Below are positions 31,689-40,725 of a stretch of 64,000 nucleotides of DNA, in pieces. Position 1 is the first letter of the stretch; every line of letters starts with the position of its first letter. Both the position numbers and the translations under genes were made by a program. The notes below the pieces were generated by a model. It was not told the origin of the DNA, made no database searches, and saw nothing but the letters and a program-made list of their open reading frames with translations. Source of the stretch: Peptoniphilaceae bacterium (GTDB taxonomy: Bacteria; Bacillota; Clostridia; Tissierellales; Peptoniphilaceae); the NCBI GenBank assembly GCA_030152565.1, contig JASLJE010000001.1:1926-65925 (forward strand), in the 5' to 3' direction.

Positions 31689-32717
31689 ATGGACTATATA
31701 GACTTACTGAAAAAAATAGATGACAAGACCATAAAAAACATTAACTTAATTCACGTCAAGGAGCCCTATCTTTATGACCTTTTGATAGATAGCCTGAAAA
31801 AAAGCCTGATGGATGATGGCTTTCTAGACTTTAACTTTAACCAGTTTGACTTTGAAAAGGCCGACCAGGAGGACGTGATAGCGGCCATTGAAACCCTGCC
31901 CATGTTTTCTGACAAAAAAATTGTCATACTGGAAAATATAGGTCTGGAAAGGGATAAGCTGTCCAAGAACAAGGACTTTCTAGATGGACTAGAAAATCTC
32001 TTTCAAGACTTTAACCCGTCCACAGTCCTACTTATGACCTATAGGTCGGAAAAACTTTTCAAGGGCAAGTTTGTCAAACAGGTGGTAAAGTATGGAGACC
32101 TGGTTGATGTGGAAAGACTAAATAGGGTCCAGTTGGGAAACTTTATCCAAAAGGCCTTTGGGAAAAACAAGATGAAAATAGACAAGGGGCTGGCTGATTT
32201 TATAGGCCAGAAGACCTCCTACTTGGAAAGGGATTCAGTAAAGACACTTTACGATGTGGAAAATGAACTTCTTAAGCTGATAAATAACCTGGGAACCAGG
32301 CCTCTTACCAGGGAAGAGATAGAATACACCATGATAGAAAACTTTGATGAAAATATCTTTCATCTTTTAGATGCTATCAGCGAAAAAAATACCAGCCAGG
32401 CCCTGGAACTTTACCGGGGCATGCTAAGGGCCAATTATGACCCTTTTAGGATCTACTATATGGTCCTAAGGCAGATTAGAAACTTGATTATGGTAAGAGA
32501 TAGCCAGAGAAGAAAACTATCCAAGCAAACAGCCATGAAGTATATAGGCATGTCCAGCTTTGAATACGATAAGCTGGCCAGATATACTAGGGCCTTTAAA
32601 TTTAGCCAGTTGGAAGATCTTCACGGCTACTCTTATGAGATAGAAAAAAACATAAAAACCTCCAGGGGGGACATGGACATTTTACTGGAACTATTAATTG
32701 TTAAGATGGCCAGTTAG
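31689..32717 (+). CDS. holA: DNA polymerase III subunit delta
   Basis: 342 aa. HolA-like N-terminal region. Conserved position next to rpsT on the opposite strand. Confidence 0.75.
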   Translation: MDYIDLLKKIDDKTIKNINLIHVKEPYLYDLLIDSLKKSLMDDGFLDFNFNQFDFEKADQEDVIAAIETLPMFSDKKIVILENIGLERDKLSKNKDFLDGLENLFQDFNPSTVLLMTYRSEKLFKGKFVKQVVKYGDLVDVERLNRVQLGNFIQKAFGKNKMKIDKGLADFIGQKTSYLERDSVKTLYDVENELLKLINNLGTRPLTREEIEYTMIENFDENIFHLLDAISEKNTSQALELYRGMLRANYDPFRIYYMVLRQIRNLIMVRDSQRRKLSKQTAMKYIGMSSFEYDKLARYTRAFKFSQLEDLHGYSYEIEKNIKTSRGDMDILLELLIVKMAS

Positions 32718-32725
32718 GAGAGAAG

Positions 32726-33172
32726 ATGAGAAATTATTTAGTACCATTATTATTTGTGATTTTGGCCTGGGGACCAATAAGACACTTGGGCCAGTTAAAG
32801 ATGAGGGCAACTACTACCAAGGGGGAAAAAATAACCATATTAATAGGCGGTATAGTATTTTTCTTTATTAGTTACTACTATGGCCAGGCCTGGTATCACT
32901 ATTTGACAGCCCTTCTAGGTTTTATAGACGTGATTTTAATGCAGATGGCTGAGGGGATTATGGAAGATGGACTCTTGGTAAACTACAGGTACCAAAGACT
33001 TATAAGGTGGGAGGCCATAGACAAGGTAAGAGTGGAAAGAACCGACTACCTAAGGCTTACTATTATAGGAGACTATTTAGATCAAAGACTTTATTTTAAG
33101 CTGGAAGATGAGGCTGGAGTTCTAGCCTACTTGGAAGAAAAACTAGGGAAAAAGAAGATAGAAATAAAATAG
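32726..33172 (+). CDS. Membrane protein, unknown function
   Basis: 148 aa. Three N-terminal hydrophobic segments are followed by a soluble ~70-aa tail. RBS GGAGAGAAG. Confidence 0.5.
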   Translation: MRNYLVPLLFVILAWGPIRHLGQLKMRATTTKGEKITILIGGIVFFFISYYYGQAWYHYLTALLGFIDVILMQMAEGIMEDGLLVNYRYQRLIRWEAIDKVRVERTDYLRLTIIGDYLDQRLYFKLEDEAGVLAYLEEKLGKKKIEIK

Positions 33173-33183
33173 TTTAAAAAAAT

Positions 33184-33214
33184 AAAAACTTCAATCTAAA
33201 TTGAAGTTTTTTTT
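33184..33214. terminator. Bidirectional terminator (rpsT and upstream + gene)
   Basis: ACTTCAAT-CTAA-ATTGAAGT with an A run on the 5' side and a T run on the 3' side. Confidence 0.75.
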
Positions 33215-33215
33215 C

Positions 33216-33485
33216 TTATGCAGCTTCTGCTTCATTTAATCTTTTTTGTAATTGACTAACTTTTCTTGAGGCAGCATTTGGATGTATTACATTTGCAAGT
33301 GATGCTCTTTTTAATTTTTTGTCAATTAATTTTAAGGTTTCTTTAGCTTCCTCAACGTTGTTGTTTTCTAAAGCTAAGTCAAATTTCTTAATTAAGGTTT
33401 TAATTTCGCTCTTTTTACTTTTATTGTTTAATGTTTGTCTTTCAGTAACATCAATTCTCTTTATAGCAGATTTAATATTTGCCAT
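33216..33485 (-). CDS. rpsT: 30S ribosomal protein S20
   Basis: 89 aa, starting MANIKSAIKRI... Confidence 0.95.
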   Translation of the reverse strand: MANIKSAIKRIDVTERQTLNNKSKKSEIKTLIKKFDLALENNNVEEAKETLKLIDKKLKRASLANVIHPNAASRKVSQLQKRLNEAEAA

Positions 33486-33632
33486 TTCTTCACCTCCTCA
33501 AGTATTGTCTAATTGAATTAATAACAACAGTAATTGTATCACCTTTCGGTCATAAAATCAAGACTTGATAAACATTTATTATTAAAATTAATTATGATAT
33601 AATAGTACAGATAATAAGTATAGGAGTTTGGC

Positions 33633-34181
33633 ATGGATGAAAATAAAAAGAAACAAAGTGACGAAGTAGAAATGGGAGCCATGGATTGGTTAAAGGCCTT
33701 TATATTTGCCCTAATCCTGTCTCTTTTGATCAAAAACTATGTCTTTGAACCAACCAAGGTTTCCGGTAGTTCTATGGCTGAGACCTTGCATGACAATGAT
33801 AGGCTAATAGTGAGTAAGATCAGTCTAAAGTTTAAAGAACTCAAAAGAGGGGATATAGTCATTATGAAGTATGATGAAAATGATGACTATGTAAAAAGGA
33901 TTGTAGGTATGCCTGGCGAAGTTGTTCAAGTTATTGACGGCGGGGTATATATAAATGGAGAATTATTTGAAGAAGAATATATAAATACTGATTACACGGA
34001 AAATATCATAGGCTTTGAATGGAAGTTGGAAGCCGATGAATACTTTTTAATGGGAGATAATAGGCTGCCTGGTAAGAGTAAGGATTCCAGGGACTTTGGC
34101 CCAGTCAAGGTGGACAGGATCATAGGCAAGGCAGTATTTAGATTTTACCCATTTGGTGAATCCTTTGGAGGACTTTATTAA
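33633..34181 (+). CDS. lepB: Signal peptidase I
   Basis: N-terminal TM, catalytic Ser box SGSSM, Lys box YVKRIVGMPGE and GDNR box. Confidence 0.92.
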   Translation: MDENKKKQSDEVEMGAMDWLKAFIFALILSLLIKNYVFEPTKVSGSSMAETLHDNDRLIVSKISLKFKELKRGDIVIMKYDENDDYVKRIVGMPGEVVQVIDGGVYINGELFEEEYINTDYTENIIGFEWKLEADEYFLMGDNRLPGKSKDSRDFGPVKVDRIIGKAVFRFYPFGESFGGLY

Positions 34182-34186
34182 ATAAA

Positions 34187-34741
34187 ATGGTTGATGATAG
34201 AATAGAATTAAAGAGACAATTGAGAAGGCAGAAAAAAAGAAGGCAGCTTAATGATTTTTTCTTAAACTGCGGTCTAATAGTCTTTTCAGGCTTAATTCTA
34301 TTTTTAATTGTAAATAAACTATTCTTTAGTGTCCTTACAGTAAAGGGCCAGTCCATGTATCCCGTCTACCAGGATGGAGACAAGGTCTGGGTCAGTAGGA
34401 CCAGGCTAAGAAGCAAGGATTTAAAACATAAAGACATAATTATTTTTAAGGGAAGGGATGAAGACTACTACATTAAGAGAATCATTGCCAGACCTGGCGA
34501 ACTTGTAGAGATTTATGACGGTAAAGTCTATGTTAATGGGTCTTTATTTGAAGAGACCTACTTGACTGACGGCTATACCCAAACCTACAACCAGAATAGA
34601 TGGTATATAGACAAGGACCATTTTTTTGTCCTAGGAGACAACAGGGAAAACTTTGGGTCTATTGACTCTAGGTTTTTTGGGACCATAGATATAGACCAGG
34701 TAAGGGGCAAGGTTATTCGAAAGAGTATTTTTTCACAATGA
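34187..34741 (+). CDS. Signal peptidase I (second tandem paralog)
   Basis: Basic N terminus plus [19 protein letters not shown] and GDNREN. Confidence 0.9.
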   Translation: MVDDRIELKRQLRRQKKRRQLNDFFLNCGLIVFSGLILFLIVNKLFFSVLTVKGQSMYPVYQDGDKVWVSRTRLRSKDLKHKDIIIFKGRDEDYYIKRIIARPGELVEIYDGKVYVNGSLFEETYLTDGYTQTYNQNRWYIDKDHFFVLGDNRENFGSIDSRFFGTIDIDQVRGKVIRKSIFSQ

Positions 34742-34752
34742 TTGGAGGATCA

Positions 34753-36564
34753 ATGAAGATAAAGAAAGAAAATATTAGGAATTTTTCCATTATAGCCCAT
34801 ATTGACCACGGGAAATCAACCCTGGCAGACAGGCTAATAGAAAAGACAGGTAGTTTGACCAAAAGAGAAATGGAAGACAGACTACTGGACTCTATGGAAT
34901 TGGAAAAGGAAAGAGGGATTACCATCAAGCTAAAGGCCATAAAAATATTTTATGATGCTAAAGATGGTGAAAGATACATGCTTAACTTAATAGATACACC
35001 AGGCCATGTGGACTTTAACTATGAAGTGTCCAGGTCTTTGGCTGCCTGTGAAGGAGCCCTTTTAATAGTGGATGCCACCCAGGGAGTTGAGGCCCAAACC
35101 TTGGCTAATACATACTTGGCCATGGACCAAAACTTGGAAATTGTGCCAGTTATAAACAAGATAGACCTGCCTTCAGCAAGAATTGATGAAGTCAAGGAAG
35201 AAATAGAAGAAATCCTAGCCTTTGACACTGAAAATACACCTTGTATTTCAGCCAAGGAAGGACTTAATATAGAAGACGTTTTAGAAGCCATAGTTAAGGA
35301 AATACCTGCTCCAGAAGGAGATGAAAAAGGCAAGCTTAAGGCCATGATCTTTGACTCCTACTATGACACCTATACAGGAGTTGTCATGCTGGTTAGGGTT
35401 ATGGATGGAGAAATTAAGCCAGGCATGGAAATAAAAATGATGTCTACAGGCTCTGTTTTTGAAGTTACAGAAGTAGGTTACTCAGTGAGAAGTAAGACTC
35501 CTACAGATGGCATAGGCGCAGGAGATGTAGGCTATGTGGTAGCTTCTATAAAGAACATTAAGGAAGCCAGGGTAGGAGATACTATAACAGACAATGAAGA
35601 CCCGGCAGAAGAGGCTTTAGATGGCTATAAGAAGGTAGTTCCTATGGTTTACTCAGGTCTTTACCCAGCAGAGGGAGAGTCCTACAACAGTATTAGGGAA
35701 GCCTTGGAAAAACTTCAGGTAAATGATGCCTCCCTAGTTTTCGAGCCAGAATCATCTGTGGCCCTAGGCTTTGGTTTTAGGTGTGGTTTCCTAGGACTTT
35801 TACACATGGAAATTATCCAGGAAAGACTGGATAGGGAGTTTGATCTAGACATTATAGCGACAGCACCATCAGTAATCTACCATGTTACCCTTAAGGATGG
35901 CAGCAAGGTTCAAATACAAAACCCTACTGATTTTCCTGAAGAAACCACTATAGAATATATAGAGGAACCTATAGTAGAAGCTTCCATCATGACTCCTAAG
36001 GACTATATAGGACCTATTATGGAACTTTGCCAGGAGAGAAGGGGAACCTATGAAGACATGGTCTACCTGGACAAGAACAGGGTGACAATTAAATATATAC
36101 TTCCTCTTAACGAAGTAATCTACGACTTTTTTGATGCCTTAAAATCAAAGACTAGGGGCTATGCTTCCTTTGACTACGAATACATGGGCTATCAAAAATC
36201 AGACCTGGTAAGATTAGACATCCTATTAAATGGGGAGTTGGTAGATGCCCTATCCATCATAGTTCACAGAGACAAGGCCTATGACAGGGGAAGAAAGATA
36301 GCTAACAAGCTAAAGGATGAAATACCAAGACATCAATTTATGATACCGGTTCAAGCGGCTATAGGAGCTAAGGTAATAGCTAGAGAAAGTGTTAGGGCCC
36401 TTAGAAAGGACGTTTTAGCCAAGTGTTATGGTGGGGACATATCCAGGAAGAAGAAGTTACTAGAAAAGCAAAAAGAAGGTAAGAAGAGAATGAGATCAAT
36501 AGGTACGGTACAGGTGCCACAAGAGGCCTTCCTATCAGTGTTGAAATACGATGAAGAGAATTAA
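34753..36564 (+). CDS. lepA: Translation elongation factor 4 (LepA)
   Basis: ATG 34753 follows GGAGGA. G1 [14 protein letters not shown] and NKID motifs. Conserved LepA C-terminal domain. Confidence 0.96.
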   Translation: MKIKKENIRNFSIIAHIDHGKSTLADRLIEKTGSLTKREMEDRLLDSMELEKERGITIKLKAIKIFYDAKDGERYMLNLIDTPGHVDFNYEVSRSLAACEGALLIVDATQGVEAQTLANTYLAMDQNLEIVPVINKIDLPSARIDEVKEEIEEILAFDTENTPCISAKEGLNIEDVLEAIVKEIPAPEGDEKGKLKAMIFDSYYDTYTGVVMLVRVMDGEIKPGMEIKMMSTGSVFEVTEVGYSVRSKTPTDGIGAGDVGYVVASIKNIKEARVGDTITDNEDPAEEALDGYKKVVPMVYSGLYPAEGESYNSIREALEKLQVNDASLVFEPESSVALGFGFRCGFLGLLHMEIIQERLDREFDLDIIATAPSVIYHVTLKDGSKVQIQNPTDFPEETTIEYIEEPIVEASIMTPKDYIGPIMELCQERRGTYEDMVYLDKNRVTIKYILPLNEVIYDFFDALKSKTRGYASFDYEYMGYQKSDLVRLDILLNGELVDALSIIVHRDKAYDRGRKIANKLKDEIPRHQFMIPVQAAIGAKVIARESVRALRKDVLAKCYGGDISRKKKLLEKQKEGKKRMRSIGTVQVPQEAFLSVLKYDEEN

Positions 36565-36573
36565 GAGGTAATT

Positions 36574-37878
36574 ATGGATATAGTTTTTTATAGATATGGC
36601 GACTTGGATTCAATAGAGGACGAGAAGGAAATAGAGGATAACTTATACAATTCCCTAGACCTTAATGCCCAGAAAAAAAGTAGGCAGATCTACGACCTAT
36701 CCCTAATGTTGGACAGGGTCCAGGACGTGGTGATTTGGTCTTCAGGCACAGACAAGGCTAGAAAGAATGTCAAGTACCTAAAGGAAAACATAGATGTTGT
36801 TGGAGAAAAAAACTACAACTTTTTAAATGAGGGAAACTATGAAAAGTTTCTTAGGCAGATAAATAACACTTCAGAAGAAGTAGTTTTAATAGTTGACCAG
36901 GAACCTACCATCAGCCAGTGGATCAAACAATTAACTGGGGCAGATGTCAAGCTTAAGCCTATGGAATCAGCCTATATAACCTTGGACAAGGAGGAGGGCT
37001 TGGCCCACCTTCTAGGGGTTTGGCAGGAGAATCACTCTATAAAAGTGGCTAAATTTGACAAGTGTACTGATGAGAGCATGGACAAGTGGGTGTCCATGTT
37101 GGTACTTTCCAACTACCAAGAATTAATTAACAATAGATATAGGGTTATAGACGATATAACCAATACTTCAAATATTTATAAGCTTAGAAGTGAAAATAGA
37201 AGGTTCATCAATCTTATAGATATTTTGGAACCTAGCCTAAACCAAAAGTACTTTAGGAAGATCAAGGAAAGAATAGAAATAATAAATGAACAATTGACCA
37301 ATGTGAGAATGTTGGATCTTTTGGTTATCTCCCTAGAGGCCTTGGGCATGGAAGAAAATCAAATATATGATGAAGTTACTAAGATTAAGAAGAGGGAAGA
37401 ACATATACTGAAAAAGTATTTTGTTTCCTATGACGGTAGAAAACTATTTAATAGTATTTTGAAAAACACTTTAAAATCCATAAAAAATGCAGACAAGGAC
37501 GACTCCTTTACCTGCAGGGAGTTTAAGGAAATATTAGAAAACAATCTGGAAGGCTTTAGGACCTATGTGGAAGAGAATCTTTCACGCCTGGAAGAAATGG
37601 ACTTGGAAGACCTATGGGAAATCAAATCCATCAATGAAAAATACATCTTTACCTATGAATTGTCTCTTTTGACCAATTCTGGTTTGGATGATGACTTCTA
37701 TAAGAAGGCCCTAGTCTATGACGATGATTTTAGACTTCTTTACAATAAGGTATATAAGATCAAGTATCTAAGAGATGACCTGGGAGAGGATATAAAGGCC
37801 AAGGAAGATATGGCTCTTTATATAGAAAAAGAAGAAAAAATAATCGAGGAAGCCTTGCTTAAGATAAGAGAAAAATAA
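36574..37878 (+). CDS. Unknown protein: SixA-like N-terminal domain (active-site His replaced) plus CHAD-like helical C-terminal domain
   Basis: 434 aa. MDIVFYRYGD against SixA MQVFIMRHGD, and VVLIVDQEPTISQWIKQL against VLVISHLPLVGYLVAEL. The C-terminal part shows CHAD-like helices (YKLRSENRRFINLIDILEP, LTNVRMLDLL, LWEIKSINEKYIFTYE). Confidence 0.35.
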   Translation: MDIVFYRYGDLDSIEDEKEIEDNLYNSLDLNAQKKSRQIYDLSLMLDRVQDVVIWSSGTDKARKNVKYLKENIDVVGEKNYNFLNEGNYEKFLRQINNTSEEVVLIVDQEPTISQWIKQLTGADVKLKPMESAYITLDKEEGLAHLLGVWQENHSIKVAKFDKCTDESMDKWVSMLVLSNYQELINNRYRVIDDITNTSNIYKLRSENRRFINLIDILEPSLNQKYFRKIKERIEIINEQLTNVRMLDLLVISLEALGMEENQIYDEVTKIKKREEHILKKYFVSYDGRKLFNSILKNTLKSIKNADKDDSFTCREFKEILENNLEGFRTYVEENLSRLEEMDLEDLWEIKSINEKYIFTYELSLLTNSGLDDDFYKKALVYDDDFRLLYNKVYKIKYLRDDLGEDIKAKEDMALYIEKEEKIIEEALLKIREK

Positions 37879-37893
37879 GAAAATAAGAAGAAG

Positions 37894-37923
37894 AAACTGT
37901 TTAATTTATTAAACAGTTTTTTT
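37894..37923 (+). terminator. Intrinsic terminator directly upstream of hemW
   Basis: 12-bp stem AAACTGTTTAAT / ATTAAACAGTTT with a T run. It ends 12 nt before the hemW ATG. Confidence 0.7.
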
Positions 37924-37935
37924 AAAGGAGATTTT

Positions 37936-39069
37936 ATGAAAAAAGAAATAATTGGCCTATATGTCCACATACCCTTTTGCCCCTACAAGTGTAATTACTG
38001 TGACTTTCTAACCTATTCCAATGTGGACTTTATGATAGACGACTATATAGACTCTCTCATAAAAGAGATAGAGATCTACGGAAGGGAAAACCATAGGATA
38101 GACTCCATATTTATAGGTGGGGGAACCCCTTCCTATATAGAAGAAAGACATATTAAAAGGATCATGGAGGCTATCTGGGAAAACTTTGAGGTCCTGGAAG
38201 GATCTGAAATATCCATAGAGATGAATCCAGACACCTTGACTGACTCTAAGGTTAAGACCTACTTGAGTTCAGGTATAAATAGGTTTTCTCTAGGTGTTCA
38301 AACCTTTGATGAGGAAATCCTTAAAATCCTAGGCAGGCACCACTCCTATAAGATAGTTCAAAAGGACATAGACCTACTTAGGAGAAATGGGGCTAAGAAT
38401 ATAAGTATAGACATGATGATGGCCAATCCTAAACAGGACATGGGCATCCTAAGAAAAGACCTGGAAAAAATCCTAAGCCTGGATATAGAGCACATATCTT
38501 ATTATTCCTTAATCCTGGAGGAAAAGACCATGTTTGACCACTGGCTAAGTTCAGGAAAGATCTCTCTTTTTGATGACGACTTGGAAAGACAGATGTATCA
38601 TGAGGCAGTATTTTTCTTAAGCATCAATGGCTTTGATAGATATGAAATATCCAACTTTTCAAAAAAAGGCTACCAGTCTGTCCACAATAAGAAGTACTGG
38701 GAACTTAAACCCTATCTAGGCCTGGGCCTGGGTTCTTCTTCCAATCTAGGGTCCAAAAGATTTTCCAACCACAGAAAGCTTAAGGACTACCATAAGGACT
38801 TGGCCCAAGACATAAAGCCTATAGCCTATGAGGAAGACTTAAGCCTGGAGGAGAGAGAGAAGGAATATATTATTATGAACATGAGAAAAACAGAAGGCTT
38901 TGTCATAAAGGACCTGGAGGAAAGGTTTAAGTTGGACTTTTATGTCAAGTATGGAGAGGTCTTGGACAAGCACCTGGCCTATGGAACTATCAAGCTGGAA
39001 GCTGGTCGTTTAAGCTTTACAGACTATGGTATAGATGTGAGTAATACCTTCTTTGTAGATATAATTTAA
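37936..39069 (+). CDS. hemW: Radical SAM heme chaperone HemW (HemN-like, oxygen-independent coproporphyrinogen oxidase family)
   Basis: 377 aa. CxxxCxxC motif CPYKCNYCDF, and GGGTPS. Conserved position between lepA and hrcA. Confidence 0.9.
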   Translation: MKKEIIGLYVHIPFCPYKCNYCDFLTYSNVDFMIDDYIDSLIKEIEIYGRENHRIDSIFIGGGTPSYIEERHIKRIMEAIWENFEVLEGSEISIEMNPDTLTDSKVKTYLSSGINRFSLGVQTFDEEILKILGRHHSYKIVQKDIDLLRRNGAKNISIDMMMANPKQDMGILRKDLEKILSLDIEHISYYSLILEEKTMFDHWLSSGKISLFDDDLERQMYHEAVFFLSINGFDRYEISNFSKKGYQSVHNKKYWELKPYLGLGLGSSSNLGSKRFSNHRKLKDYHKDLAQDIKPIAYEEDLSLEEREKEYIIMNMRKTEGFVIKDLEERFKLDFYVKYGEVLDKHLAYGTIKLEAGRLSFTDYGIDVSNTFFVDII

Positions 39070-39074
39070 AAGCT

Positions 39075-39104
39075 CTTGACAAGAGATTAAAAGTCCTATA
39101 TTAT
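39075..39104 (+). promoter_or_regulatory. Promoter of the hrcA-grpE-dnaK operon
   Basis: TTGACA with TATATT (16-nt spacer) or TATTAT (18-nt spacer), immediately upstream of CIRCE. Confidence 0.6.
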
Positions 39105-39108
39105 ATAG

Positions 39109-39135
39109 TTAGCACTCAAAGAGATAGAGTGCTAA
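39109..39135. promoter_or_regulatory. CIRCE operator (HrcA binding site)
   Basis: TTAGCACTC-AAAGAGATA-GAGTGCTAA is a perfect match to the consensus TTAGCACTC-N9-GAGTGCTAA. Confidence 0.95.
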
Positions 39136-39152
39136 CACGAAAAGGAGGTAGC

Positions 39153-40175
39153 ATGGACGATAGAAAACTTAAGATATTGAACTCGATAATAAAATCATAT
39201 ATCGAATCTGCAGAACCAGTAGGTTCTAGAACCCTTTCAAAGGATGAACAAATCGGTGTCAGTGCTGCAACCATTCGAAATGAAATGAGTGACTTGGAAG
39301 ATTTAGGCTATTTGGAAAAAGTTCATAGCTCATCTGGTAGAATACCATCAAATAGGGCATATAGATTATATGTCAATGCGCTTTTAGCAGACCAGATACC
39401 TTTTAGAAAACAGGTACCTGAACTATTTGATATGAGACGTATTGAACAGTCCAATGAATTTGAAAATATAATTGCAAATGCCACAACCATGCTCTCAGCC
39501 ATCACTAACTATACAGCTGTGGCCCTCTTGCCAGAAATGAAGGATGTATATCTTAAACATATAGACGTTGTATATTTAACCCCTAGGGATTTGGTAATAA
39601 CCTATATATATAATTCCAAGGCGGTAAAAAATGATGTGGTTAGGCTAAAGACACCTACCAGCTTGGAAAAGATAGACATAGTAAATAGGGTCTTAAAGAG
39701 CACTCTAGTAGATATGAGATTAGAAGATGTAATAGATATAATACACACTGATATGTATAAGATTTTATCAGCCCAACATGAGGTTTTACACGAGATAATT
39801 CCTCAGATAGAAGAAACCACCAAGGCTTCTCTAGAAGCCAAGGTCCTATATGAAGGTCTGGGTAACTTCTACATCTTTAACGAGGTGGAGCTGGAAGAAA
39901 ATCAAGAGCTTATCAGGTATTTGAAGGATGAAAATCCCCTAAAGGATATCTTGTCCTCAAATATGGGAACTGACCTTCAAATCTATATAGGTGAAGAAAT
40001 TGGTATAGGAGACTTTTCAAAACACTCTCTTATAACAGCAACCTATAGGAATATGGAAGGCCTAAAGGGAAAGATTGGAGTAATCGGACCCAATAGGATG
40101 GACTATGAGAAGGTCATATCTGATTTGGCCATAGTAACCAAGTATATAAATGGTAATATCAATAGAAATGTATAA
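39153..40175 (+). CDS. hrcA: Heat-inducible transcription repressor HrcA
   Basis: ATG 39153 follows AAAGGAGG. N terminus RKLKILNSIIKSYIESAEPVGSRTL. The listed start at 39129 is a GTG inside CIRCE. Confidence 0.94.
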   Translation: MDDRKLKILNSIIKSYIESAEPVGSRTLSKDEQIGVSAATIRNEMSDLEDLGYLEKVHSSSGRIPSNRAYRLYVNALLADQIPFRKQVPELFDMRRIEQSNEFENIIANATTMLSAITNYTAVALLPEMKDVYLKHIDVVYLTPRDLVITYIYNSKAVKNDVVRLKTPTSLEKIDIVNRVLKSTLVDMRLEDVIDIIHTDMYKILSAQHEVLHEIIPQIEETTKASLEAKVLYEGLGNFYIFNEVELEENQELIRYLKDENPLKDILSSNMGTDLQIYIGEEIGIGDFSKHSLITATYRNMEGLKGKIGVIGPNRMDYEKVISDLAIVTKYINGNINRNV

Positions 40176-40187
40176 GGAAGTGAAAAA

Positions 40188-40712
40188 ATGACAGACAAGA
40201 AAAAAGAACAAGATCTGGAAGAAATCGAAGCTGAAGTAGTCGATGAAGTGGAAGAGACCAAGGAAGAGGCTCCAGTTGAGCCAAAGGAAGACAATGAAAA
40301 TGAGGCTTCATTGAAAGAATCTTTAGCCAGACTTCAAGCAGATTTTATTAACTATAAAAATAGGACAGAAAAAGAAAAATCTAATATTCACAAGTATGCC
40401 AATGAGGGCTTAATTGTAAAACTACTAGCAGTAGTTGATAACTTTGACAGGGCCTTGGCCAGTGCTGATGCAGACGATTCCTTTGTAGAAGGAGTAGTTC
40501 TTATCAGGGATGAATTTTTACAAATATTAGAAAATGAAGGCCTAAAGGAAATTGAATCCGACGGGGCTAAATTTGATCCCAACTTCCACCATGCAGTATT
40601 TATTGAAGAAAATGACGAAGTTGAATCAGAACATGTAATTGAAACATTCCAAAAAGGTTATATGATAGATGAAAAAGTGATTAGACCGGCAATGGTAAAG
40701 GTTGCCAAATAA
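40188..40712 (+). CDS. grpE: Nucleotide exchange factor GrpE
   Basis: 174 aa. Acidic N terminus, then [12 protein letters not shown] and DNFDRAL motifs. Confidence 0.94.
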   Translation: MTDKKKEQDLEEIEAEVVDEVEETKEEAPVEPKEDNENEASLKESLARLQADFINYKNRTEKEKSNIHKYANEGLIVKLLAVVDNFDRALASADADDSFVEGVVLIRDEFLQILENEGLKEIESDGAKFDPNFHHAVFIEENDEVESEHVIETFQKGYMIDEKVIRPAMVKVAK

Positions 40713-40725
40713 GGAGGAGAAAATT

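Noticed and set aside
33319-33516. 65-aa ORF antisense to rpsT
   Set aside because: It is a mirror frame of a highly conserved ribosomal protein gene, and its composition is low-complexity.
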